Origin: Macrostomum hystrix
Lineage: Eukaryota > Animalia > Platyhelminthes
Length of the DNA stretch: 64,000 bases
Assembly: GCA_950097015.1 (NCBI GenBank)
Contig: CATNEN010000038.1
Span: 28,644,001 to 28,708,000, forward strand
Direction: 5' to 3'
Below are positions 13,001-26,200 of this stretch, in pieces. The number at the start of each line of letters is the position of its first letter. Within the stretch, counting starts at the first letter, position 1. The notes below the pieces were generated by a model. It was not told where the DNA came from and made no database searches. It was given only the letters and a program-made list of their open reading frames with translations. Made by a program: the position numbers and the translations under genes.

Positions 13001-16000
13001 AAAAGGGCCGTTTAGAATGCACGGAATCAAAAACCTAAAAAATAATCTCATTTTTTTACCAAACGCATTACGTAGTCCTCTATCTCAAATTTATCATGGA
13101 ATTGTTCAGGTTTAAAAATAGTGTCCTAAAAGCGCTGTTTCATACGCATCATGCTTTAACAATACAAAAAATCGTTTAGGTTGAACGAATAAGCATTGCT
13201 TCAGACGGTTCGGCATCACTCCTAGTTAATTCTCAATGGCTTAGCTTTGATCACGCCTTAGTGACCGTGTCTCTGGGAGTACTACAGACTGGTCAGCTCA
13301 TTGACCCCAGTTTAGTGTCAGCTGAACGTCAGTCTGCCCTGCAACAGATGCGGCTGGGCCTTGTTGACAAAATCTACGTTAGATTTTCTCTGCCAATCAG
13401 TTTGCCTAACGATTGCAATCATTTGTGGATTCTAAAACGAAAGCTCTATCGTAGCTGGCTCGACGGATTAACATCTGTGTCCGTTGTCAATAAGTCTAGG
13501 GATACTGTAATCCGTGAGTTGCTCGCAGATAGCTTTCCGGCCTCTACCAGATCTTAGGGATAGGTTTCCGCCTCCTACCAGATCTTAGGGATAGGTTTCC
13601 ACCTCCTACCAGATCTTAGAGATAGGTTTCCGCATCCTACCAGATCTTAGGGATAGGTTTCCGGTAACTTCCCGCCCTCTACCAGATCTTAGGGATAGGT
13701 TTCCGGTAACTTCCCGCCCTCTACCAGATCTTAAGGATGGTATCCGCCCCCTACTAGATCTTCAGGATGGATTTCCGCCCCCTACCAGATCTTCAGGATG
13801 GATTTCCGCCCTCTACCAGATCTTCAGGATGGATTTCCGCCCCCTACCAGATCTTCAGGATGGATTTCCGCCCTCTACCAGATCTTCAAGATGAATTTCC
13901 GCCCTCTACCAGATCTTCAAGATGAATTTCCGCCCTCTACCAGATCTTCAAGATGAATTTCCGCCCTCTACCAGATCTTCAAGATGAATTTCCGCCCTCT
14001 ACTAGATATTCCGCATGGATTTCTGTTCTCTACTAGATTCCTATTGATTTCCGCTCCCTACCAGACTATCCGACTGTCCTTCACCTAGTGAATTTGTACT
14101 TTAACCGCCACTGTGCATCGCAATGCATTTCTCTAGTGTGGTTGGCTGGCAGCTTCGCGGCAGAGATGGAGCGGCAAACTGTTGAACAACTAGAAGCCAC
14201 CTTGATGCCATTCCTTCAGAGCGTCTTGGGCCGTCAACTGCCTAGGGTAGCGAAAATTTGGCGGTTAGTAAATTTTCGATTTTCAATAATGCAAAAACAC
14301 GGATTTCTTAACCCCCACTAGGCTAATGTACCTAAGTGTTAAGAGCGTCGGACTCACGACTTGAAGGTCGGGGGTTCGATTCCCAACTCCAGTTGGACAC
14401 TTAAACTCTACATTGCTTCAGTTCACCCAGCTGTTAAATAAGTACTCGTACCAGCATTAGCCCATTGAAGATAAGTGTTCAGTCCGCCAGTCCATGGACT
14501 GAACAGCCGTACGCAGCCTTCAGAATCAGATGCGCCGTGGAATAGCTGCGGCTGTGCTGTCGGCTGTACATTATTCTTAACAGAATTAGAAAATTATATA
14601 ATTCAAACAATGAAATACTAAATTTCAGCACCAGTTTCGGGCAGAACCCAAATTTTCTGGGCTCCTACAGCAGCTATAGACCCGGCTGCAAAACTGGAGC
14701 TACAGGACAGTTGGCTAAGCCTATTGAATTGCCTGCTGCTGACGGAGCTAAGAAAGTAGGTTGTCTGCTGCATTGATTTAAATTAAATAACACGAAATCA
14801 ATCAGTAGCATTGATAATTACAAAGCAAAAGTATACATGACATACTACTTGTCATAGTAGCATTAGCAGTATTCTAAAAACGTTGCACTTGTTACATCAT
14901 TAGTTGTTTTAACAGTTTGTATTTAGTAAGTACAACAATCGGTGGATAGTGTAAAATCAGTAAAAATTGTATTAGTAACACTAGTATATAACAACATCAG
15001 CAGTGGTAACATCAATAGTAGTAACATCAGTAGTAGTAGTATCATCAGCAGTAGTAGCATCATTAGTAGTAGTAGTAACAACAGTAGTAGTTTTATAATC
15101 AGTAGAAGTAGTAGGAGCATCAGTAGTAGTGATATCTGTTGTAGTAGTGTCGTCAGTAGTAGTAGTATCATAAGTAGTTGTAGCAACATTGGTAGTAGTA
15201 GTAACATCAGTAGTAGCTGTATAATCAGTAGGAGTAGTAAGAGCATCAGTACTAGTAGTATTATCTATTGAAGAAGTGTCATAAGTAGCAGTAGTGTTAT
15301 AAGTAGCAGTAGTGTCATAAGTAGCAGTAGTGTCATAAGTAGCAATAGTGTCATAAGTAGCAGTAGTGTCATAAGTAGCAGTAGTGTCATAAGTAGCAGT
15401 AGTGTCATAAGTAGTAGTAGTATCATCAGTAGTAGTAGTAGTTTGATCAGTTGTAGTAGTTTGATCAGTAGTAGTATTGTCATCAGTAGTAGTATCATCA
15501 GCAGTAGTATCATCAGTAATAGTGTCATCAGTAGTAGTATCATCAGTAATAGTGTCATCAGTAGTAGTATCATCAGTAATAGTGTCATCAGTAGTAGTAT
15601 CATCAGTAATAGTGTCATCAGTAGTAGTATCAGCAGTAGTATTGTCATCAGTAGTAGTATCATCAGTAGTAGTATCATCAGTAATAGTGTCATCAGTAGT
15701 AGTATCATCAGTAGTAGTATCATCAGTAATAGTGTCATCAGTAGTAGTATCAGCAGTAGTAGTGTCATCATTACAAGTAATTTGACAACAGTAAAATTAG
15801 TAGCAAGATTAGTAAAATTAGTGACATCAGTAGTAGCAGTGTCGTGAGCAGTATAGATAACTCCTATATTAGCAGTACAGTCTGTAGCACCAGCAGCAGA
15901 ATATTGCAACAAGCCAGAACAATCTCATCCTATCTTCGCAGCCAATCATCTGTTTCGCTGGCGAACACACATCGGAGACTAACTACGCCACAGTTCAGGG

Positions 16001-16094
16001 CGCATTCCTAAGCGGCCTTCGGGAAGCCAGTCGACTGGCTAAGTACTACCAACTGGATAAGGCTGTCGATTCGGATCTTGTTGCTATGCTGTAG
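10040..16094 (+). CDS. Flavin-containing polyamine/spermine oxidase family protein, paralogue 1; exons 10040-10190, 11861-12213, 12508-12723, 13180-13513, 14137-14263, 14629-14755, 15942-16094
   Basis: FAD Rossmann motif IAIVGSGLSGLTAA...VFEAAGRIGGR, LGAQWLH, VTVSLGVL, GLVDKIY, FLGSYS, CFAGEHT...TVQGAFLSGLREA. All six introns are GT-AG with compatible phases. Confidence 0.9.
10222..11826. repeat. 24-bp intronic minisatellite (CTAGTACCAATAACAATGGTTTAT grading into CCAGTACCAATCAGCAGGGTTAAT)
   Basis: Fills intron 1 of oxidase 1 almost from donor to acceptor. Confidence 0.95.
13520..14060. repeat. ~30-31-bp intronic minisatellite (CTCTACCAGATCTTCAGGATGGATTTCCGCC)
   Basis: Direct copies in intron 4 of oxidase 1. 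Confidence 0.9.
14321..14580 (+). mobile_element. tRNA-derived SINE family C with a CORE-like central domain
   Basis: tRNA-like head with B box GGTTCGATTCC (14373-14383), then GACACTTAAACTCTACATTGCTTCAGTTCACCCAGCTGTTAAAT, which resembles the CORE-SINE (MIR) core. Single copy in the window; 3' end approximate. Confidence 0.6.
14990..15780. repeat. AGT/AGC-based microsatellite/minisatellite (CATCAGTAGTAGTAT)
   Basis: Low-complexity array in intron 6 of oxidase 1. Confidence 0.9.
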
Positions 16095-16399
16095 AATTGT
16101 GTTTTGGAGTTTTTTTTACTCTTCAGACAAACTATTATAGTCTGCGATTATGTCAAATTAATTCGACTAATTATTTGAAGCTTAAAGTGATTTTTTCGCG
16201 AAATTGCGAATATTTGCATAGTACACAATACATTTTAGACCATCAAATAATGGTCTGCAGTATTTATTAATCATAAGTTTTCTGCTCTGATTGACTAAAT
16301 ATTAGCACTTGAGTTTTTTTACTTTTTTGAGTTATTGCTCTGATATAATTGAAATCCTACTTGCAGTAGGCTAAATGTCTAAAAACGTGGAATACATCA

Positions 16400-17065
16400 C
16401 ATGTGACAGATAGTATAATTCACAGGTAATAGATGGAATATATCACAGGTAGTATATGGAATATATTACAGGTGACAGATGGAATCTATCACAGGTAGTA
16501 TATGGAATATATTACAGGTGACAGATGGAATCTATCACAGGTAGTATATGGAATATATTACAGGTGACAGATGGAATCTATCACAGGTAGAATATGGAAT
16601 ATATTACAGGTGACAGATGGAATCTATCACAGGTAGTATATGGAATATATTACAGGTGACAGATGGAATCTATCACAGGTAGTATATGGATTATATTACG
16701 GGTGACAGATGGAATCTATCACAGGTAGTATATGGAATATATTACAGGTGACAGATGGAATCTATCACAGGTAGTATATGGAATATATTACAGGTGACAG
16801 ATGGAATCTATCACAGGTAGTATATGGAATATATTACAGGTGACAGATGGAATCTATCACAGGTAGTATATGGAATATATTACAGGTGACAGATGGAGTA
16901 TATCACAGGTAGTATATGGATTATATTACAGGTAACAGATGAAATCTATCACAGGTAGTATATGGATTATATTACAGGTAACAGATGAAATCTATCACAG
17001 GTAACAGATGGAATCTATCACAGGTGACAGATGGAATATATCACAGGCGACAGATGGAATGTAAC
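16400..17065. repeat. 46-bp (2 x 23) intergenic minisatellite (TCACAGGTAGTATATGGAATATA TTACAGGTGACAGATGGAATCTA)
   Basis: Direct copies between the two oxidase genes. Confidence 0.92.
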
Positions 17066-17246
17066 ACGGGCCATAAATCGAAATTTTCAAAGCTAACAGA
17101 TTAAATAAAATTAAAGCCGAGATAGTTTGCAAGCTACGGCTTAAAAAACGTTAGAATGTTCAGGCCAGCCATCGATCTAGCTTTCAGTGCTCACAAAATG
17201 TAATTTATAAATGTTAAGGAAAAAAAAACTCGAATGCACCTGGTAG

Positions 17247-20200
17247 ATGTCTGCTTCAGGCATGGCTTGCTCAGTAAACATTACTGTTAGCCGAGGACCA
17301 ATCAGGGTGGCCGTGATTGGCGCCGGTGTCTCTGGCTTGACAGCGGCTGCTCTGCTTCACCGGGCCGGCGTCCGGGTCACATTGTTCGAAGCCGGAGACA
17401 GGGTTGGCGGTCGGGTGCGCAGCGTTTGGCGCGGTGTGTTACAGATTGCGAAATGTTTTGTCACTCTATCCCCCACTATCTGTCTCTCTATTCCCCCACT
17501 ATCTGTCACTCTATACCCCCAGTTGTCTGTCACTCTATACCCCCAGTTTTCTGTCACTCTATACCCCCAGTTGTCTGTGACTATACCCCCAGTTGTCTGT
17601 CACTCTATCCCGCACTATCTGTCACTCTATACCCCCAGTTGTCTGTCACTCTATCCCCCACTGTTTGTCACTCTTTACCCCCAGTTGTCTGTCACTCTAT
17701 ACCCCCAGTTTTCTGTCACTCTATACCCCCAGTTGTCTGTCACTCTATTCCCCCACTATCTGTCACTCTATACCCCAGTTGTCTGTCACTCTATACCCCC
17801 AGTTGATGTCACTCTATACCCCCAGTTGTCTGTCACTCTATACCCCCAGTTGTCTGTCACTCTATACCCCCAGTTGTCTGTCACTCTATACCCCCAGTTG
17901 TCTGTCACTCAACCCCAGTTGTCTATCACTCTATGTCTCCGCACAGGCGCTACCCGCCTTGCCATGGGTCCTATGTGGCTTCACGGAGCTGGAGACAATC
18001 CGTTGCATGCCGCCCTGACGAATGTCCTCGGAGTGCAGTGGTTCTCCGAATCAACTTCGCTGGACACTCTCGAAGATGTCTTCGTCTGGTCGTCGGTTAC
18101 TGACGCAGCCGCTGATGCCGCCGTCACTGAGGCTGGTTCAACTGTTCCGCTCAGTTTGATGTCTCAGGCGGCTGCCGAGTTGAAATCCGCCCTGAGTTGT
18201 GCAGATTCGGATTCCGAATCCCGATTCGATTCCGAAATCAGCGTCGGTCAGTGGCTCGAGGAAAAGAAGGCGCTTTTCACAAATCGATCAGCTCCATTTG
18301 AAGCCGCACTTCGAGCTGTCTGCCGGCTCTACGCGAAAAGCGAAGGCGTCCACGGCCTCGATGGTCTGGGTCTGCTAGGCCAGTCTGCCTACGGTGATCA
18401 CACGCCTGGTGGCAACCTTTTCGCTGGCGGAGGCTTCGACCAGTTGACGCAGACTCTGGCCGACTATCTGCCTGGCGAGTGCCTCAAGTTGGGAAACAAG
18501 GTGCGAATTGGGGGGGGGGAAGACACAGCGGTCCAACGCGTTTGCCTCTCGCACCAAGGTCCCTTCTGAGCTCGATTCCGCGGCGAGGCCACATTCATTT
18601 GGGGCGCAGCCGCGGAGAGAAGGCTTGGCGGCTTGTCATTCAATTTACGCCCTTGAGGGCCAAACTCCAAGGCACAGTGAAAGTGTACACTGTCTGACAG
18701 TCACGGCAGAAATTTCAAATCTGCGTAAGCGTGTGCCTGCGTAAATTGGTTTTCAACTTCTATTTCAAACTAAGTAACTTTACAATTTCGCCCGCGGGCA
18801 GGGGGATGCTCGTTTGTACCCGATTAGTAACTCCAATTTGTTTCCTTGGCCTAAGATTCAAGCTCTTGACCTGCAATAAGAAGTTCTGAGCTCTCCCCAA
18901 ACCTATATTCTGAAATCCAGGTTAGCCAGGTTGCCATCTCAACGGACGGTTTAGCTTTGCTACTCGTCGGCTCCCAGTGGCAGCAGTTCGATCACGCTCT
19001 GATCACGGTGTCCCTAGGCGTGCTGCAGTCAGGCCAACTGCTTGAACCCAGCTTGGTTTCCTCCGAGCGTCGTCTGGCTATGGACCAGATGCGTCTGGGC
19101 CTTGTTGACAAACTATTTGTCCGCCTGGCCCAGTCAGCTCCGCTGCCAGCCGACTGCAATCACCTTTGGATTGCACGTCAGCACCTGTCCAACACCTGGT
19201 TGGACGGCCTGTTCTCACTGTCGGCTGTCAACAGACCAAAAGATATTATTATGTGTGAGGATATCACTAAAATTATTATTATTATTCATTGCCTACTTTT
19301 CGTTTTGACTTCAGATTTCTATTCAACCACTATTTTAGTTTGGATTGCTGGCGACTATGCCAGAGAAATGGAAGCCAAAACAGATGCCGTGCTCAGCCAC
19401 GATTTGACCGCCTTTCTGGAGCAAGTACTTCGCTCGCCGCTTCCAAAAATTATCGAAGTGATCAGGTATGAATTCGGGTGTGAGGTATATTTTCACTCGT
19501 TAAAGAACTAGATTTAGGAGTAAAATACTAGTATGATTTACATTTAGGGGACTATTGTATATTAGATTAGCAAACTGCCCCCATACAAAATAAAGGAATT
19601 TCTATCTTAATTAAATTTTAAAAAAATCGTCTACTTTAGTAAATTCGACTAGCAAATATGCATTCGGCGCAAAAGGCAAAGAATTTTCGGTAAATTTTGT
19701 TTGCAGAACAAATGTGATATTTTGACTTAGGTCTCTCTTTACGTTGAGATTCCTAAATGAGGTCGGGTGTCCTACTCTTTGTGAGAGATTCCCTTTTCGC
19801 AACTCGAAAATAACGAAGACAAGACGATTCAAATCCCAAGCTAAACAGCTGATATTTAAGTGTTAATCAGTAAATAAGAGAAAGCTATGATCACTGATCA
19901 ATTCCCCTGGCAGCGCTCTTTTCGTCCCCTGCCAGGTACTGTACTTAATTCAATCCAATTCACAATTCGCACTAACAATATCTCGATAACCGCAACACAA
20001 AACACGAACTCTACTCGATAATACGACACGATAAACAACACAAATAAATCCTAGACAAACAGATAGTCCCTATAACAAACAAGACAAATAACGCGAAACC
20101 TAACCAAAATCCCTAACATAAAACCGAGGCGACCAGCAAGCACTTCTGCACTATGGCACAACGATAGTTCTATCGTGCCACACCTAATGTCTGTTCGACG

Positions 20201-23200
20201 GCGTCCCACCGATGATTGTCGGCGATATGGAGAGTGCTTCCGTGCTTGCCAATCCCTATCTAACACTCCGTCAGCAGTTGGCCAGACGTACCGAGCTCAG
20301 CGCAAGCTACTTACTGACGTGGGGTTGAGTGTGGGGGTTTTCTTTGACTAACTAGTTGGACCGGTTTACCTGTCCCGGTATCTATTTACTAGGATGCGTA
20401 ACACGAATGAGAACAATATCAAGATCAAGAGCAAGAGCAAGGTCGAACGCGAGACCAGAATCACATGAGAACAATATTTCAGCGCAATAGTCAGTTTTAT
20501 AGTCAAGCGCCCGCCCCAGCCCTCATCAAAGCCTGGGTGCCGGCCGCGCCGCTTGTTCTTCTGCCAGGTCGACCCTGCCGGTTAACGAACCGGCTGCTGA
20601 TTGGCCCGGCTCGGGGTGTCGCACTTAAGTCGGTTCACTTCAATCGGCTAGCCGTCCTCCCATTGGTTGGGCCCACCAGACCAGGGCTAGTCTGATGCCT
20701 TGGCTGTAGAGCAGGGGTGACCGGCCGGTCGCGTGTTAGGCCTGGCTGGGGTGCGCATGTACAAACAACTAACCTATAAGATACATTAAAATAATTCATA
20801 ATATTGACGTGCGCGAATAAGTTACTACAAGTAGAAATATACGCATTATAAAAACATGCCGACACTACACTCCCCCCTCCTAAAAGAAGTGGAGTGCGAA
20901 CAAAACAGAAAATAAGGGACACAAGACTCGATACCTAAATAAAACTGGAAACCGAGATTTAAACAGAAAACGAAAATTTTCAACTCCTCTGGGGGACACC
21001 TCCTCCCCCCTCCTAAAAGAATAGGAGCTGGTTTAACGCGAAAAAGAAAATTTTACGCTATCTATAATCGTATTAAAGAAACAATACAGAAAGCAAAGGT
21101 TGTCCAAAGCACAATGTTTTGACTAACGCTTGTATTCCTTCGTCGCCGAAAAGGTACAATTTCAAAAAAATTTAGATTAATAATAACAGAACTAAAGCAT
21201 ATTAAGGTTTGCTTAAAGAATTCCATTAGATTTAAATTCAAAATACAAAATTCTGCAACTTGTCATCAAAATTTTACGATTAACTACAAAAGGAACAATA
21301 GAATGATCAGTTTAACAGCAAATTTAACAATTCGACTTCAAAATTCAACACTTGATTACAAAATTTCAATCAATATTCATGCTTTTTCAGCGCAAATTTT
21401 CTGACATTATAATTTAATTTGCAAGAAATATACTACTCTTAAAAGTATATCACACACTTTCGCAAGGAAAATCTGTACGATTCACGGACTCAACAATTTT
21501 CACAAATCCAATCTACTGGGCGGTCGGATACACGCTCTGTTTCTCAATCTCGGAGCCCAGCGCTCCTGAACTGGTAATTCCTCTCTTTGTCCTCGGGGCC
21601 GGCGTCCTCGGCCTTCTCGGTTCACTACGGCTGGCGGCACTGCGCCACCGCGCGCCGTTGGCACAACTAGCGTGGCTCGCGGAATCTCTGTCCGCACTGG
21701 AATTACTGGCACCCTTGGCACTGACGGCATTGCCTGCCTGTTCGGCACCGGTATCTGTGACGGTGCTTGCCGTGGCGCTACTTGGTGTGGTGGCCAATCG
21801 ATTTCAATATCCGGGTATTCTTCCTCCGGTTCCACCTCTGGCGCTCCGGCGCCGACTATCCCACGCCATGCGCATAATTTTTCTTCCGACAGATAACACG
21901 GTTTGACGCGATCTACACTGACTATTTCGTGGATCCGATCTGGCTGTTCAATGCCATGAACCTTGGGTCCGGGTTCGATTCTTAAACACTTGCCACTACC
22001 GGTGACCTCAAGTACGCGGTATGGTCCGACCCACTTCCGGTTCGTATTAAACTGTTTGTGGCCATTCGAAAGCCAAACTAAATCATTCGGTTTATAAAAA
22101 TTTTGAAATACTTTTGCGTCGTAGTTGGTTTTCATTCGAGTTATTGCTACTGATTGTCGTTGCCTAGCAACGCGAAAGGTCTCCATGCACTTCCGGTACA
22201 ATTCATGCACGTGCCGATCCGCAGTTTTTTGTTCTGGCGGAGGCAAACCGATTTCTGCGTCTACTGGCAGTCTCATCTTTCTGGCAAATAGCATTTCAAA
22301 TGGACTGAACTTGTTCGACTCGTTAATCGCACTGCGCTGTACCATCACGACGTGGGGCAAGACTTCATCCCACGCGAGGTCTAGTTCGTCACGCGCTAGC
22401 TTAATTCCATCCTTCACAACTCTGACCATTCGCTCACACTTCCCATTCGCTTGTGGGTGGTAACTAGTAGTGTGGCGCAAATCAATACGGAAATTCTCCG
22501 TTAAGCTCTTCACGATATCTGCGGTGAAAGAAGCTCCTCTATCAGAAATGAATGCTTCCGGTGCGCCATATCGGCAAATCCACTCCGTGTACAGAGTCCA
22601 TGCGGTGCTCTCTGCTGTACAATCGCGGAGGGCCTTCACCTCCATCCATCCGGTGAAATGATCGACCATCAGCAGCAGGTATTTATTCCCTCGCTGCGTT
22701 GTGTCAAAGGGTCCTGCGTAGTCTATGTGGACCTTCTCGCCCATGTAGCTACTAAGCTCGGGCTCCAATGGCGCTCTCAAATTCGGGCCGTATTTCTTTC
22801 TAGTCTGACATTCCGGACAAGTCTTAATATAGCGTTCTAAATTCGCAGAATAATTTGGCCACCAGAACCGTTGTCTAATCAGGTCTCTGGTCTTGGAGAT
22901 TCCTCCGTGGGCCATCTGATTATGATACCGCTCGAACAATTGCTTTTCGAGTTGCTCACTTTCTGGCAGCACGATCTGCTTAAATTCGCGGCCTTCATGA
23001 TCTCTATAACATCTGTAGATAATGTTCGAGTCTACAGTCAACTTGTCATAATCACTGTACAAGGACTTATAACTCCGATGCATTCCGATCCATTCGATCT
23101 TTGGCGGGCACTGCTCTCGCGCTAACAGGCGGGTTTTCAGTTTCAGCAACTCAGGCTGGCCGTCCTGAAGTTCGACCACACCTGCCGGAGAACTTATGTC

Positions 23201-26200
23201 TATGGCCCCGCAATCTATTCCGTCCGGTTTTCTAGCTGTATTGCACGTGGGGCACTCCTCGTGGTACTTTTTCGGGGGTCCGTCACGTGATGGTCGGCGG
23301 CTTAACGCATCTGCATTGCCATGACTCAGACCTTGGCGATATTCTATGGTAAAATCGTACTCTTCCATTCGGCTTATCACTTCGAACTGATCGAACTGTT
23401 CGAGGATCATGTTCCATCTTCCCAACATGCCCTTCGCACCGTGGCACTTCCTCAGCCACTGCAGTGCCGCGTGATCTGTTCTGATCTTAAAATGGCGACC
23501 AATCAGATACGGGCGATAGTGCTCAAGAAAATAAATTAGGGCGTACATCTCCTTCATCGTGGTGCAGTAATTCAACTGGTGCTGATTTAACGGGTGGGAC
23601 GCATAAGCGATCACCTTCTCTTCCCCGTCCTGCTCTTGCAACAAATTCCCTCCGATCGCGCTGTCGCTGGCGTCTACATCCAGGACAAAGGGTCCAGCTT
23701 CCTTATCGAATCTGGGATAGCTGAGGACAGGCGCGTGGGTCAATTTTTCTTTCAGCAGTTCGAAGGCTTTCTGGCACTCCTCATTCCAATGATATTTAAC
23801 ATCCTTTCGAGTCAGATTATTCAGCGGTTCGCTGATTCGGGCAAAGTCTTTAATAAATCGGCGATAGTAGCCTGCTAATCCTAGGAATCCTCTAAGCTCA
23901 GAGATGTTCTCTGGCCTAGGCCATCGTTGTACTTTCTCAATCTTGTCTTTACTGGTGTACACACCATGCTGACACACAGTATGACCGAGGAATTCAACCT
24001 CCTTCCGAAAGAGAAATGTCTTTTCGGGCTTAATTTTCATTCCTGCTTCCTCTAATCTGGCAAAAATAAGATCTAAATTTCTCAGCATCTCTTCGAAATT
24101 CTTGCCCGTGCAAATGACATCATCTAAATACAACAGGGCGAACTTGTAAGCGTAATCTCCTAAGATTCGCTGCATGATCCTTTGGAAACAGGCTGGACCG
24201 TTGGTTACTCCAAACGGCAGCACCTTCCACTGGAATAATCCATCGTGGGTTCGAAACGCCAATTTCTCTCTGTCACTCTCGCGCACTTTGACAGACCAGT
24301 AAGCTCCTACCATGTCCAGTGTGCTAAAGTACTGGTTGCCGGCGAGGGACTCTAATGATTCTTGAATTAATGGCAATGGGAAACTGTCCTTCTTAGTCTT
24401 GTTATTCAACTGTCTAAAATCACAGCAAAAGCGAAATTCACCGTTCTTCTTCCGAGCGAGGACTATAGGACAACTCCACTCGGACTCTGATGGTTCTACA
24501 AGATCGTGATCTAGTAATTGGCGGACATGTTCGCTGACAAACTCACGCTGCTCAGGGCTCTGCTTTCGCAGTGGAATTCGAACTGGAATCTCGTCGGTCG
24601 TCTCAATCTTAAATTCGCCGACGCGGGTCTTTCCAATGTCCCACTGATTCTGCGAAATCATACCTTGATACCGGTGTAGCAACTCAATTACTTTCAGTTG
24701 CTGATTTGCTGTCAGATCAGTCTCATCCAGTCTAAATTGATCCCTTATCTTAGTTGCTTCGCTCAGCGTGGGGATCCTCTTCTGATCTTGCCGCCGCTCG
24801 GCTGGCTCAGCTTTATCTACAAGAAAAATCTCTAACTCTTCGTTCGCTGGCTCATACTCAGCAATAACCTCATTCTCATGAATGGTCTTCTCATGCTCGG
24901 TTGGGTTCATGACCCTAACAAAGGTTTCGCCGAATTCATCTAGCGACGTTAGTCCCTTTGCAACTAGAATCGACTGATCCTCATCCTGACCGCTTTTCCT
25001 GGTAACAAAACCGTACTCAGCTGCATCAGGGGTCTCCCTACATTTGACTTTAATAAATTTCTCACTCAGTGCCGGAATCTTTGCCATGCTGGTTACTTGC
25101 AGTAGCACGCAACGTGCACTTTCATCTGCAGTGGTTAGTCTAATCCGAATGTTATTAAATTCTAGCGTCTTCTCAGCTATATCGAGCTTAATTCGGTGAC
25201 GGGTCAACAAATCGAGACCAATAATCGAAGTGGTTAGCAGGTCTTCTGCGACAAAGAACGGGTGGATCACCTCGCTCTGTCCGATTCTAACTCTTAAGGA
25301 CACCTGGCCCAACAGTCTGGTAGACTGGCTGTTGGCCGATTTCATGTTAATAGCGCACGGTTTTAATGCGGCTTTACAGGAGAAGAGCCGGTCAAATAGA
25401 CTCTTGTCAATCACGCAGTGCGACGCTCCCGTATCAATCAAAATTTCTTCACTAACGCCGTTCAACTGACTGTGCAGAAATAAACCTGAGTTTATGGCCT
25501 GATTGGAAATAATCGGTTGGACAAATCCGGCTACCTGCTTTTTTGCAAGCTTCTCTCCGGCTGCGGCTTCAACCTGCACGGAGTTTTCGAGCCTATTCAT
25601 TTCCTTTCTAAATTCTCTTATTTCTTTCTTCAGTTCCTCAACTTCCTTAGACTTCAGCCTCTCCTCTGGCTTCCTCACAGTCTGTTGCTGTGGAGCTCTA
25701 CTAGTTACAGGCTCTCGCTGCTTTGCAGCTGCTTTTGCAGTCTTCACAGGTGCTTTCATTTGCACTTCTTGGCGCAATTGCCGAATCTCTTCTCGCAGCT
25801 CTGACAGTTCATTTGCTGCCGCTGCATCTACGGACTTTCGCTGCTCAGTCTCACTGACTCTTAATTCAATGCCGTTTAATTTTCGGCGGTTGGCGTCAAA
25901 GGCCTGGCTCTGAGCTCTGCGCTCTGCCTTCTCTGTTTCGATTCCTGCGCAATCGGCGCAACTACAATAGGATTCTACTGACTCCGATATTGAATTAATA
26001 GACTGTTCGCTGTGTCCGCAGCATTCTACCTCTAAGGCGCGCTGCTTGTTACTATGAGTAGTATCACTAGCCCTAATAAAAGAAAAACTAGCTCGCTTCC
26101 TCAAATACAATAATAAATCGTAATTAGTTACTCCGCACGTGTCCCGCAAATGAAAGAAAATCTCCTTGCCTCTCCTATCTCTGAGGAATCCGTAGCCTCT

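Noticed and set aside
17434-17946. Read-through making the 440-aa ORF 17247-18569
   Set aside because: The stop-free, frame-preserving stretch is a repeat-filled intron at the same position and phase as intron 1 of paralogue 1.
20051-20922. Short ORFs duplicated at 28287-29101
   Set aside because: Incidental frames within the LTRs; no recognisable domain and no env-like features.
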